A stretch of 64,000 nt of DNA from Spirochaetia bacterium (GTDB taxonomy: Bacteria > Spirochaetota > Spirochaetia > SP-2023), in the NCBI GenBank assembly GCA_965263295.1, contig OZ253665.1:480001-544000 (forward strand), in the 5' to 3' direction. Position numbers and translations under genes: made by a program. Numbering within the stretch: the stretch's first letter is position 1; each line of letters opens with the position of its first letter. This document shows positions 48,283 to 59,655 of the stretch, piece after piece. The notes under the pieces are model-generated. The model saw nothing but the letters and a program-made list of their open reading frames with translations. It ran no database searches and was not told where the DNA came from.

Positions 48283-50064
48283 TTATTGCTGTGCCGCCTC
48301 AATCTGCCGGCGAATAAAGTCTTCGACGGCGGCAATTTTTGCAGCCGTTTCGCCGCGAGCGATGTTTAAGTCGTCACATTCGCTGACGCAAGAGGCGTAG
48401 AATTTAATTTTAGGCTCTGTGCCAGAAGGCCGAGCTGTGATGATTGAGCCGTCGACGCCGTAAAATTGCAATACATTGGATTTGGGCAAATCTATATCTT
48501 GCATGACTTTGCCGTCGGATTGAACGGTCGTTCCCACAGCATAATCTTTCACGGCTTCAATTTTAATATTGCCAATGGTTTCAGGGTTGTTTTGCCGCAG
48601 GTTGTCCATCATTTTATTCATGATAACAATACCTTGCGCCCCTTCAAAATAGCGATCAATCAAGGTTTCTTGGTAATAGCCAAAACGACGATAAATGTCG
48701 TTCAGATACTGCAGTAAGGAACGGCCTTGCTGCAGGTTCCACAATGTCATTTCTACTGTCATGGTGCTGGCCGAGACGGCATCTTTGTCGCGAACCGAAG
48801 TACCAACCAAATAACCGTAACTTTCTTCGCAGCCAAATATATATTGATACTTCTGGTTCTTTTCCCACTCGCGCATCAGGGCCCCGATAAACTTAAAGCC
48901 GGTTAAAACTTTGAAATCAGTCACACCGTAGGAACGGGCGATGCGGTTTTGCAGATTACTGGTGACAATCGTGTTAATAAATGCGGCATTCTCAGGTAAA
49001 GTCCCCTGTTCTCTGTGTGTCTGAAAAAGGTAATCACAAAGCATAGCACCCAGTTGATTCCCGCTAATCATTACATACTCACCGTTAGCTTCTGGAACGG
49101 CAATGCCCAAGCGGTCGGAATCGGGATCGGTGCCGAGGACCAGGTGCGCTTTGCGTTGCTTGGCATGTTTAAGGGCCAACTCCATGGCTGGAGCTACCTC
49201 TGGATTAGGGAACGGTGTCGTCGGGAAATGGCCATCTGGCTCAGCTTGCTCCGGTACCGTAAAGACGCTGACGCCCATTTTTTCTAGAGTTTTTTCTACG
49301 CTATGTCTACCGGCGCCGTGTAGTGGCGTATACACCAACTCTAGCTTTGAGGCGCTGTCTTTGATTAGCTGGGGGCGCAGCGCCTGCGTGACGACCATGT
49401 CGATATAGGGCCGGTCAACTTCGGTATCAATCCACTGCAGCAAGCCCTTTTGACTGGCTTCTTGTTCGCTGATGTTTGGCAAACTACCGTGTACTGCATT
49501 TGCTTTGGCCATAATACCTTTGTCGTGGGGCGAAACTACTTGGGCGCCATCGTCCCAGTAAACTTTGTAACCATTATATTTAGCGGGGTTGTGACTAGCG
49601 GTCACAACGATGCCGGCGCAGCAACCCAGATGGCGCACGGCAAAAGATAGTTCGGGAGTGGGACGAAGACTAGTGAAGATTGTGCTGCGGATGCCGTTGG
49701 CAGCCAAAATCAAGGCCGCCTCCTTGGCGAAGAGGTCGGAGTAATTACGGCTGTCATAGGCAAGGCAGACGTGCCAGTGCTCCTGGGGTGCATTTTCGCA
49801 AATATATTGAGCTAGGCCTTGGGTCGCCTTGCGGATAGTATAGCAGTTGAGGCGATTTAAGCCACCTCCAATTTCTCCGCGCAGGCCTCCAGTACCAAAA
49901 TCTAGCGATTTGTAAAAGCGTTCATACAGTTCTGCCGCGGCCTTTTCGTCATGGCGACCTTGCTGTAGCAAGTCTTGAACCGGCTGGCGGAATGCTGGGT
50001 ATTGCTCTTCTTGTACGTACTCTTGAGCGAGATTCCGGATTTGAGTACTGTCTATATTAGCCAT
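48283..50064 (-). CDS. pgm: Phosphoglucomutase/phosphomannomutase
   Basis: FGTGGLRG, TASHNP, DPDSDR, EESYG, RPSGTEPKIK. Confidence 0.95.
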   Translation of the reverse strand: MANIDSTQIRNLAQEYVQEEQYPAFRQPVQDLLQQGRHDEKAAAELYERFYKSLDFGTGGLRGEIGGGLNRLNCYTIRKATQGLAQYICENAPQEHWHVCLAYDSRNYSDLFAKEAALILAANGIRSTIFTSLRPTPELSFAVRHLGCCAGIVVTASHNPAKYNGYKVYWDDGAQVVSPHDKGIMAKANAVHGSLPNISEQEASQKGLLQWIDTEVDRPYIDMVVTQALRPQLIKDSASKLELVYTPLHGAGRHSVEKTLEKMGVSVFTVPEQAEPDGHFPTTPFPNPEVAPAMELALKHAKQRKAHLVLGTDPDSDRLGIAVPEANGEYVMISGNQLGAMLCDYLFQTHREQGTLPENAAFINTIVTSNLQNRIARSYGVTDFKVLTGFKFIGALMREWEKNQKYQYIFGCEESYGYLVGTSVRDKDAVSASTMTVEMTLWNLQQGRSLLQYLNDIYRRFGYYQETLIDRYFEGAQGIVIMNKMMDNLRQNNPETIGNIKIEAVKDYAVGTTVQSDGKVMQDIDLPKSNVLQFYGVDGSIITARPSGTEPKIKFYASCVSECDDLNIARGETAAKIAAVEDFIRRQIEAAQQ

Positions 50065-50155
50065 TGACTATACCTCCAAGCGGCCAAGGCCGCAGATACT
50101 TGTGATAGGCCGCAACATTCTGTGAAATTTTATTCTTCACCTTCAATTTTCACCT

Positions 50156-50644
50156 TCAATTTTCATCGAGGTCTAGCTCCTGATTTTTCTGAAATAATAA
50201 TTGAAGTTCGGCATCGGATACAATAGTACTATTGTCGTCAAATTCCTGCTTATAGTTACGGAATTCTTGGGCGAGTTTTTCATTGCCGTCGCTGATTTTT
50301 ACTATGATTTTATGCCATTCATCGCCATTGTCACGCAGAAGCTTTTGCAAGAAATCTCTTTGCGAATATATGGCACTGCGCAGGAACAGTAAAAAGGCAC
50401 GTTTAACACGGAACAACTGGTGACTTAACTCGGCGTAACCTTGTAGTTGGTTGCGTTGATTCAATAGCCGTTCGTGTTCTTCCAGCAGGCCAGCGATATT
50501 GCGCACCTCTGCCATAATTTGAGTGTTGAAAATGCTAGCATTGACTTCTAGTTCAAGCAATTCTTGAAGAACCTGGAGCCGATTGCGCAATAAAAAGAAG
50601 TTGTCGCTAAAGTATATTTGTTCCATATTGGGTATATTAGACAA
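50156..50644 (-). CDS. Hypothetical all-helical protein
   Basis: 162-aa ORF filling the gap between the enoyl-CoA hydratase gene and pgm; no recognised family. Confidence 0.75.
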   Translation of the reverse strand: MSNIPNMEQIYFSDNFFLLRNRLQVLQELLELEVNASIFNTQIMAEVRNIAGLLEEHERLLNQRNQLQGYAELSHQLFRVKRAFLLFLRSAIYSQRDFLQKLLRDNGDEWHKIIVKISDGNEKLAQEFRNYKQEFDDNSTIVSDAELQLLFQKNQELDLDEN

Positions 50645-50696
50645 GTATGGTTAGGATGAAAATAAGCTAGGCTTTATTTCTTGGCCTATTTTATTT

Positions 50697-51539
50697 TCAG
50701 GAATCATTTTCTTTAGAAGACAGTAAGGATTTGGGAACTTTGGCACACCATGGGCCAATTCCGCCATCCAGGAAGGCGGAAATTCCCGCCTGTACTGCAG
50801 GCTCTTCCAAGCAGGCAGCTAGAGTCTGTTCGGCGAGTTCTTGCTGCTCGTTTAGGGGTAGATCGTTGAGCTTGTGGCAAAAGGATTTCTGCTTGGCTAA
50901 AGCTTCTGGACTGCAGCGCAGGAGATTGCGCAGTAATTTTTTCAACTGTCTTTCTAAATCTGCGCTGGATGTAAGGAAATTGGACAAGCCCCACTCCTGT
51001 AGGGTTGGAGCATCTAGAGCTTCAGGTATAAAGACCATCTGCTTGGCCCGAGATTCACTGATCCGTTTTCGCAAGTACGGTAAAACATTTGCAGGGATCA
51101 GACCAAAGAGAGCTTCTCCCAGAGTCAGGCTGGCCTCTTCGCTGGCCAATACTAGATCGGCTGCCACAACTAGGCCGACACCCCCGGCCCGTGCCGGTTT
51201 TTCCAGCAGACAAATAACTGGGGCCGGGAAATGATAAATACTAGCCAGGCATTGACGGTAAAGCCGGGCCGCTTCTTGTTTTTTGTTCCCCCGGCTTTGG
51301 GTCTGATTTTTAAAGGCATTGAAATTCATGCCAACAGAAAAAGCTATCTCACTGATAGAATGCAAGATAACGGCACGAATATTTTCATTCTGCCAAACTT
51401 CTAGCTGCTCAATCAAGCTGCTCAGCAATGGCGTATCCAAGGTATTGCCATCCCGGCCCGGATCCGTTAGCGTAATAAAGGCTAGAGAGCCGAGATCGCC
51501 ACTCCCCAGCTCTAGAGTTTTAAAGTCAACTCCACTCAT
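50697..51539 (-). CDS. Enoyl-CoA hydratase family protein, PksH/ECH1-like dehydratase
   Basis: GNTL, FSVGMNF, AGGVGLVVAAD, EALFGLIPANVLPYL, C-terminal GPW; overlaps the upstream HMG synthase by 14 nt. Confidence 0.85.
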   Translation of the reverse strand: MSGVDFKTLELGSGDLGSLAFITLTDPGRDGNTLDTPLLSSLIEQLEVWQNENIRAVILHSISEIAFSVGMNFNAFKNQTQSRGNKKQEAARLYRQCLASIYHFPAPVICLLEKPARAGGVGLVVAADLVLASEEASLTLGEALFGLIPANVLPYLRKRISESRAKQMVFIPEALDAPTLQEWGLSNFLTSSADLERQLKKLLRNLLRCSPEALAKQKSFCHKLNDLPLNEQQELAEQTLAACLEEPAVQAGISAFLDGGIGPWCAKVPKSLLSSKENDS

Positions 51540-52770
51540 ACTTACGTTGATAATTCTTTACGCTCTTTAGAATATACAGGTCTTTGCCTTTGTAGCAGCT
51601 TTCGTAGATCCCAGAGGGTTGAGAGAAATCGGGCTCAAAGTTGGGATTCTCTACATACGAATCGCGCAGCGCCTCATTCGTTTCGTACTCGGCTACACTC
51701 GCATGGTAACGGGCTTCCAGTTTTTCGAGGATTTGCAGTTTCTGCAATTTTTCGCGGGCATTGGCACAGATTTTAGCGCTATAGAATTCACCGATAGCAC
51801 CGGAACCGTAAGCGTAAAAACCCACTCGGTCACCCGCTTTTAAATCATCACAGCCCAGAATTAGGCTGACAACACCGGCGTAATTGCTTGAGGCATAGCA
51901 GCTGCCAACTAGGCGGGAAATACTCAGGGAGGGTAACACTTTAGACTCAAAGTCTGCACGTAGTTCGGACTTTTTCTTGCCACTATTGGCGATACTGTTG
52001 AGTGAGCGGAAGGCCTGAAAGGCCATGCCGGCAAAAGGTGTGTGGAAAACAAACTTTTTAAAATAGGTATTGAAATCTACTGTTTCGCCCATGCCTTCGC
52101 AAATTCTTAAATAATCGTTGTAGGCACCGTCGAGGGCATCAATATACGTGAAGAGGCTAGTTTCGTTATTGCCCATTTCTTCCTGAGCTGTTGGGCGGTA
52201 GGTGTCGTAGATGTTGGTCGTCCAGTTCCCGCGTTTTCCTAGCTCAAACTCAATGATTTCGGGCTGGTCACCAATAAGCATCGCGGTGGCTACTCCACCC
52301 ATGACAAACTCTTGTTTGGTGTTCATATGCACGCGGCTAAAGTCTGCGGCGATAACTAGGGCCTTACGGTTTTGATTGTGCCCGGCTGCGATCCAGTCAA
52401 TGGCACTGTCTAGGGCGGCCATGCCTGAAAAACAGGCATGTTTGGTCTCAAAGTTGCGGATATTAGAAGGGAATTGCAGGGCTTCGTGCAAGTTGGTACT
52501 GACAGGTTTGCCAAAGTCTGTGGAACCTTCGGTACCGACGATAAACAGCCCGATTTTTTCAGCGACTTCTTCATCAATAATGGGCCTTGCCGCATTGGCC
52601 GCAATGGTGATAATATCTTCCCACGGCGGCAGTAAGGTTCTGCGATTAATTAATAGTTCGGACACATCTTTATCGGGATCCTTACCGCGGGCTTCCGCTA
52701 GGGTCCGTAGATCCAGCGACATGCTGCCACCGTAGAGGTTAATTCTTTCAATACCAACTCTTTGAGGCAT
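51526..52770 (-). CDS. Hydroxymethylglutaryl-CoA/ACP synthase, PksG-like (polyketide beta-branching type)
   Basis: VGIE start, ED...ANAA, catalytic Glu in GTEGSTDFGK, Cys in KHACFSG, His in FHTPF, YGSG; AGGAG RBS. Confidence 0.9.
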   Translation of the reverse strand: MPQRVGIERINLYGGSMSLDLRTLAEARGKDPDKDVSELLINRRTLLPPWEDIITIAANAARPIIDEEVAEKIGLFIVGTEGSTDFGKPVSTNLHEALQFPSNIRNFETKHACFSGMAALDSAIDWIAAGHNQNRKALVIAADFSRVHMNTKQEFVMGGVATAMLIGDQPEIIEFELGKRGNWTTNIYDTYRPTAQEEMGNNETSLFTYIDALDGAYNDYLRICEGMGETVDFNTYFKKFVFHTPFAGMAFQAFRSLNSIANSGKKKSELRADFESKVLPSLSISRLVGSCYASSNYAGVVSLILGCDDLKAGDRVGFYAYGSGAIGEFYSAKICANAREKLQKLQILEKLEARYHASVAEYETNEALRDSYVENPNFEPDFSQPSGIYESCYKGKDLYILKSVKNYQRKYEWS

Positions 52771-52860
52771 ATAGTCTAGTCTCCTGAGGGAATGTATTTC
52801 AAACTAAAATTTTAATGCAATGAGAAAGCGATAATACTAAAAAATTTACAAGCATGCAAG

Positions 52861-53382
52861 CTACCAGGAATTATAATTAATGGTGCGCTGGGAAGGTAGG
52901 CTTTTGTGACGCATATCGCGTTTTTCATTGTCTTGCGGGTAGCCGACTAGAATTAGAGCGGCGATATACATACTGTAGGGCAGCGTTAGAATTCGACTAG
53001 CTTCGTTCTGTGAAAATGAAGTGAGTGACTCGGCAGCTAGCCCCTCTTTTTCTGCTTGGAGCATAATCTGCCCGCTGGCTAGGCCTAGGTCAAAGAGGTT
53101 GGCCGAAAGGCCGTTCGGCATTTCGTAGTCCGATGTGGCGTAACAGGCGGCAATTATAGCTCCATGTTTGCAACGTTCATCGCCGTAGCAGGCTTTCTGC
53201 AAGGCCAGCCTTTTGGAAATTTCTGTAACGGCGATAAAGCGCCAGGGCTGGCGATTTTTGACAGAGGGGCTGAGTCTTCCAGCTTCAAGCAGGCGATCCA
53301 GAACTTCTTTGGGTATGTTCTTGTCTTTGAGAACCAGAGCATTATTGCGATGTAGTATTTGGGCTAACACGTCGCAGTTCAT
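52861..53382 (-). CDS. Nitroreductase family protein
   Basis: LLEAGRLSPSVKNRQPWRF, IMLQAEKEGL, LVGYP. Confidence 0.9.
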   Translation of the reverse strand: MNCDVLAQILHRNNALVLKDKNIPKEVLDRLLEAGRLSPSVKNRQPWRFIAVTEISKRLALQKACYGDERCKHGAIIAACYATSDYEMPNGLSANLFDLGLASGQIMLQAEKEGLAAESLTSFSQNEASRILTLPYSMYIAALILVGYPQDNEKRDMRHKSLPSQRTINYNSW

Positions 53383-53718
53383 CAACCTTCCTTCCTGTCG
53401 ATTTTATTCCTAGCGGTTTTGGATGGGGGATTTTATATGATTTATCTACTTATTGCAATTCTTGCCAGGTAATTCTTTAGCTTCTTTAACGATGGGAGAC
53501 AGGGCGGGCCTTGATAAAGAAGTAGGTAAGGATAATGAGATCAATACACAACCGATAATAAAGGCTTTTTAATAGGTTTAATTGAGTTTAATAGTGCCGG
53601 GATACCCTGAAGTCGCAGGATGCCAATAAAAGCAGAAAAATTGGGACGAAAGGATATCCATTGCTTGCTGGTTTTAAGTGCAATTACGATATTGTGTGAT
53701 CAAAAGATCACAATGATA

Positions 53719-54342
53719 TTACAGTTTTAGAATTAACTCCCCCTGGCGTAATATACGCGGTGGCTGAGAGCGCGCATCGACTATAGTCGATGCGCACGTT
53801 GGCTTGTAGTCGTCTTTTGTTTGGTGCAACAAGTAGGGTAAAATCAGACCGCTGGCAATTTCTGGAGCAAATTCTGTCAATAAGTTTTCTATGGTAGCTG
53901 GAACTTTTTGCCCACTGCGATTGGCACTGGTTGAATACAGCGGAGCATCAATAGCGAGGGCGAGTTGCTGGAGTAGTGAATGTTTTGGGATTCGTACTGC
54001 TTGAGAGTCCTGCTGGCCGTAGGGATCTGTACTTTGCAGATAGATTTGGCTTTTGATGTCTGGCTTAGGGGCCAGAATGCAGGTCAAGGGCCCGGGCCAG
54101 TATTGTTGTAGCCTTTCGGGGGGAAGCTGCCACGGACCGGCATTTAACTGTTCCAAATTGGCAAAAATTTGCAAGAATGGTTTGCCCTCAGGACGGCCTT
54201 TAATTTCTTGTAGTTTGTAAAAACTCTCTGGTGCGGGAGAAACCAGGCCATAAATAGTATCACAGAGCATGAGCAGAACCTGGCCGTTAGTCAGGGCTTG
54301 GTATAGCTGAGCAATGTCAGGCGCATTGATACTTGCAGACAT
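53719..54342 (-). CDS. tsaC: L-threonylcarbamoyladenylate synthase (TsaC/YrdC/Sua5 family)
   Basis: DTIYGL, KGRP, WPGPLT, AVRIP, STSANRSG, STIVD, ILRQG. Confidence 0.9.
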   Translation of the reverse strand: MSASINAPDIAQLYQALTNGQVLLMLCDTIYGLVSPAPESFYKLQEIKGRPEGKPFLQIFANLEQLNAGPWQLPPERLQQYWPGPLTCILAPKPDIKSQIYLQSTDPYGQQDSQAVRIPKHSLLQQLALAIDAPLYSTSANRSGQKVPATIENLLTEFAPEIASGLILPYLLHQTKDDYKPTCASTIVDARSQPPRILRQGELILKL

Positions 54343-54361
54343 AAGCTGAATATTTTCTTAA

Positions 54362-55057
54362 TTATTGGCGATATAGGGTTTCAAAATTTTCTTCGCCCGG
54401 TGGATCGGGGAAGTAAGGTGCGGGCACTAGGTTGCCCGCACGCGTACGATTTGCCGGAGAACTTGTTGTTTCATTAGGAGTTTTTAAGTTTTGCATTTTG
54501 TCGCGTCTTCTGGTCTGTCTCTTGGTATTAACTGTTTGGGCATGTTGTAGCTTGGGGAATTTCTCTCGACTGTTCAGGCTGAATTCGCGTGGCATGCTGT
54601 CACTGCGCCCAAAGCTCAAGAGGCGGATAATCAGCCAAAAACAGATGCCCAAAAGTAAAGAGTAAAACCATATACCACTAGGGGTATTTGCCTCTAGGGT
54701 CTGCAGGTCGGGTATCAGCTGATTACCCGGCGATGGCGCAGGTTGAGCCTGGGACCAAGTATTTACAAGGATTAGCTTGTCACTGCTTTTGTAGTAACCC
54801 AAATTCCGGGCTTCAATTGATATGTAACTAATGTCACTACTCACTAACTCAGAGAGAGTCCGCAACTCCCTTTGCCGTTTTTCCAGTTCGCTGTAATGAA
54901 CCTGTAATGACTGTTGGTTTTGTAGCAACTCACTGTGGGCTATCAGACCTTGGCTGCCCCAGATATAAATAATCAGCTGGTATGATATGATATACAAGCA
55001 GAACAAGAGGCAGAATTGCTCAAAAAGTTTCCCTACTCGAAACATCTCCCTCCCCAA
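54362..55057 (-). CDS. Septum formation initiator (FtsB/DivIC-like) with additional TM helix
   Basis: N-terminal TM, GSQG then coiled coil, YISIEARNLGY motif. Confidence 0.7.
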   Translation of the reverse strand: MGREMFRVGKLFEQFCLLFCLYIISYQLIIYIWGSQGLIAHSELLQNQQSLQVHYSELEKRQRELRTLSELVSSDISYISIEARNLGYYKSSDKLILVNTWSQAQPAPSPGNQLIPDLQTLEANTPSGIWFYSLLLGICFWLIIRLLSFGRSDSMPREFSLNSREKFPKLQHAQTVNTKRQTRRRDKMQNLKTPNETTSSPANRTRAGNLVPAPYFPDPPGEENFETLYRQ

Positions 55058-55315
55058 AAAATCATTCCGTCAGGATCATTTTAACTTATATATTATTCAA
55101 GTTCATAGACTGAAAACATATAATCGACTTTATTCTAGCGCCTATATCTAACGAGTCAAGTAAATATTAGCTGGTTTTTGTTTAGTTTGTTGCTGATTCT
55201 GTTTCGGGGACGAGAACGGTGAAGGCCAAAAAAAAGCCCAAAATAGGAGAGCGAAAGAGAAATAAGGCTGACTTTACTTGCTGTGTGTGAATAAACTTTG
55301 CTATCCTAGCAGACA

Positions 55316-56593
55316 ATGCAGGGTGATACCTCGTCTGTATTGCGTTTCAGGCCGGATATGCAGAAAGGTCTTAGCTGGTTCATGAAGATTATATCTCCAT
55401 TAAATGAAATAAATTATGGTTATTACGATGAAGCTGTAGACTGGAATATTCAGGACTATCAGATACGTCGTAAGGGTAGTGTGTTGAGCGCAAAAAAAGT
55501 CCGACAGTTGTTAGGTTCCTGTCTGCGTTTAAATATTTTCAGCTCCCGAATCCAGGCAGAGATTGAGTTCCTGAAATTGAGTAATGCCCTGCGCATTTTA
55601 CTGGTTGCTTATGGTGTGCAGCGAGATATCTATTTGGAAAAAACTTGGATATTGCCCCACAAACGATTTGTATGGGAAGGCAGCCCCCAAGATTACCAGT
55701 TGATAGGGAAAGGCCTTGGATTAGATTTTGATATTAAATGCGATGGTTCGGGTTCTTTACATTTGCATTTTTCCTACTTTGATCATTATCAGATCCACTT
55801 TGTCAGTCACATTCATCGCGCTGACCGCGAGTCTTTATGCAATATAAATCCTTTTGATATTAATACTTGGTGCTTTAGCGAAAAACATGCTATGCTGGAA
55901 TGCAAAAGTCTTGACTTGAGGTTAGATGGCCATGACTATAACTCTGGACCGCTCCAGGCTTTTGCGGCTACGGGTACAAATTTCAATATTGCTTACGAAT
56001 GCTTGGAGGGCTATTTTCCGGCCATGACCAGAGAACTGCGCTGCCAATTCTGGCAATGTAGTTCTTTTGCCATGGGCCAATCTGATGGTGGGCCAGTCGC
56101 CGACAGCCCGGCGCGAATAGAGGAGACTGGGGACATTGATTTAATCAGTGGTGAAGAACGCCAGCATCTGGGTGGGGAAGAGCAGGAAACTACGGAGCGG
56201 CTCTGCAGTCGTTTGTCGGGTTTGGCGGGGTCACTGTTGATGATAGGACACGATATTTGCAGTAGTGAGAGTGCAATCTGGACTGACCGGGGGATACGCT
56301 ACAGTTTGCCGCGTATAGTGCCTAGTTTCGGGCGTTCTGAACAAAGTGCGGCTAAGTATGGCGCCCTATTGCCAGACCTTGATTGGAAGATTTTAGCTGG
56401 TAAACATTTAGAGCTGGTTTTTCGGCCTTTTAGTGTTGGCGATGCTCCTCAATTAGTATTTCCTCAGACTCAGACACAGCGGATTTATGGTTTATTTTAT
56501 GGCAAACTCCTCAATCATTTGGGCGAAGCAATACCAATCAATAAGGCTCTGGGTTTTATCGATTATCGCCAAATTCAATGGCGTAAACGCTAA
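55316..56593 (+). CDS. Hypothetical protein, DUF2804-like
   Basis: 425-aa ORF; FSEK, EGYF, ESAIW, LELVFRP and YGLFYG patterns resemble DUF2804 (from memory); start uncertain. Confidence 0.55.
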   Translation: MQGDTSSVLRFRPDMQKGLSWFMKIISPLNEINYGYYDEAVDWNIQDYQIRRKGSVLSAKKVRQLLGSCLRLNIFSSRIQAEIEFLKLSNALRILLVAYGVQRDIYLEKTWILPHKRFVWEGSPQDYQLIGKGLGLDFDIKCDGSGSLHLHFSYFDHYQIHFVSHIHRADRESLCNINPFDINTWCFSEKHAMLECKSLDLRLDGHDYNSGPLQAFAATGTNFNIAYECLEGYFPAMTRELRCQFWQCSSFAMGQSDGGPVADSPARIEETGDIDLISGEERQHLGGEEQETTERLCSRLSGLAGSLLMIGHDICSSESAIWTDRGIRYSLPRIVPSFGRSEQSAAKYGALLPDLDWKILAGKHLELVFRPFSVGDAPQLVFPQTQTQRIYGLFYGKLLNHLGEAIPINKALGFIDYRQIQWRKR

Positions 56594-56624
56594 TTTTAGG
56601 TAAAAAATATTTTGAAATGAACTT

Positions 56625-57485
56625 ATGAATAAGATTCCACTTGATATTTATAGATATTTTCGAAGCTGTACTTTGCGCTTTGGGTTGGCCAGTGTAGTGA
56701 CGGTTGCAATGTGGTTGTTCCGTTATTATAAAGTTAGCCGCGATACTTATGTATTTTTATTGTGGAATCTGTTTTTAGCGTGGATTCCATTTGTACTAGT
56801 TCAAATACTGACATTTTTAATGATGTACAAGCGTGTTTTACCGCTAAAAAGAGCTAAGCAGTTGTTTCTTTTATTGCGGTTACTGCGTTACATGCGATCG
56901 TCACGAATTGGAGCAGGAGCTAAGTTCTTGCAGCAGTTTTTATTTTGGCCAGTCTTGGTTCTCAGTTTATTATTCTTCTTGCCTAATTCTTTCTATATTT
57001 TTACCGATTTGATTCACTTAATTGCTAACGGTGAGAGCTGGTATGATAATTTCCTTCAACCTAATGCATTAATTTGGTTCGATTTGATATTCTTTTTACA
57101 TTGTAGCATTTTGGGGCTTTTTTTAGGTTGTCATACTTTGCTTGTTATAGATTGTTTGATGGTGATTAACCGGTTTCCGCGCTTGTGCCGGATTTTGATA
57201 ATTTATGGGATGCTTTTTCTTTCTTCATATGGCGTTATTATCGGGCGCTTTGAACGCCTAAACAGCTGGGACATTCTATTTACCCCCAATACATTAGTCG
57301 AAAAGTTTGTTTCAGTCCTGCTGCATACTAGTATAAATTTACAATTTAGCATAATTTATACAATTTTTTTAAGCTTTGCCTATCTTTACATGCATGCCAA
57401 CCTGGCATCGCTAAACCGTCGAGCACATCGAGTACATCAGGTAATTCAAGTTAGAAGATTGCGGATTCTTAGTAGAAAAAAATAG
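56625..57485 (+). CDS. DUF1361-family membrane protein
   Basis: FLLWNLFLAWIPF, PNSFYIFTDLIHL, GRFERLNSWDI. Confidence 0.85.
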   Translation: MNKIPLDIYRYFRSCTLRFGLASVVTVAMWLFRYYKVSRDTYVFLLWNLFLAWIPFVLVQILTFLMMYKRVLPLKRAKQLFLLLRLLRYMRSSRIGAGAKFLQQFLFWPVLVLSLLFFLPNSFYIFTDLIHLIANGESWYDNFLQPNALIWFDLIFFLHCSILGLFLGCHTLLVIDCLMVINRFPRLCRILIIYGMLFLSSYGVIIGRFERLNSWDILFTPNTLVEKFVSVLLHTSINLQFSIIYTIFLSFAYLYMHANLASLNRRAHRVHQVIQVRRLRILSRKK

Positions 57486-57576
57486 TGGCAAAATGATCTC
57501 TCTGTGGCGTGGAAGAAGATAGCATTAGAAATTCCACGGGCTACAAGAAAAAAATGCAAGATTTCTGAATCGTTGC

Positions 57577-57604
57577 TTGACAAGAAAAGGATTTTGGCTA
57601 TAGT
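57577..57604 (+). promoter_or_regulatory. rRNA promoter
   Basis: TTGACA-16 bp-TATAGT followed by a GC-rich discriminator, about 185 bp upstream of the 16S gene. Confidence 0.8.
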
Positions 57605-57675
57605 GCCCCTCACATCGCAGCTGCCGAGTGCGCTTGTCGCACCGGGCAACTTAAATGCCAGCTAGTGCGGCTGCC

Positions 57676-57712
57676 GTTCATTGAAAATAGAGAAGAGCAG
57701 GGAAGACATGAC
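57676..57712 (+). promoter_or_regulatory. boxA-like element and 5' strand of the 16S processing stem
   Basis: gttcattgaaaa; aagagcagggaagacatgac (57693-57712) is the exact reverse complement of 59397-59416. Confidence 0.75.
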
Positions 57713-57787
57713 GCTTGTGCAGCTCGCCTTCAATTGAAGGTGACTGTAATGAATAAGGATAATTTTGCCGGATTCGTCCGGTATTAT

Positions 57788-59356
<1,569 letters not shown>

Positions 59357-59478
59357 AATGTGAAAGGTTTGTAGGGGTTATAGAACCTCGGCAACAGTCA
59401 TGTCTTCCCTGCTCTTTTTTATTTGCATCTCTCTTATTTTTATTTGCAATCGTTTAAATTTCGTATTCTGAGAATTTG

Positions 59479-59529
59479 TATATTAATCAAAAGCCCTGGC
59501 TTGCCAAGCCAGGGCTTTTGATTAATATA
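59479..59529. terminator. Long inverted repeat, probable bidirectional terminator between 16S and the NYN gene
   Basis: 25-bp perfect arms tatattaatcaaaagccctggcttg / caagccagggcttttgattaatata around a single C. Confidence 0.85.
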
Positions 59530-59655
59530 TGGTGGCATAGTGCAAAGCTGATTCTAAAGCTTGGCTCAGTCATTTGCCCAAGATGTGTGTAATATGCCAA
59601 GTTGTTTTAGGGTTTTCTAGCGTAATTAGGTTGTGTGGCAGTAAAATATTTATAA

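Noticed and set aside
51526..52770. Mevalonate pathway operon
   Set aside because: No HMG-CoA reductase or mevalonate kinases in the window; the partner is a PksH-like dehydratase; MEP genes dxs and ispG are present
53695..53712. TGTGA-N8-TCACA as a CRP/FNR site
   Set aside because: Spacing is 8 rather than 6 and it lies immediately after the tsaC stop codon; more likely a small hairpin
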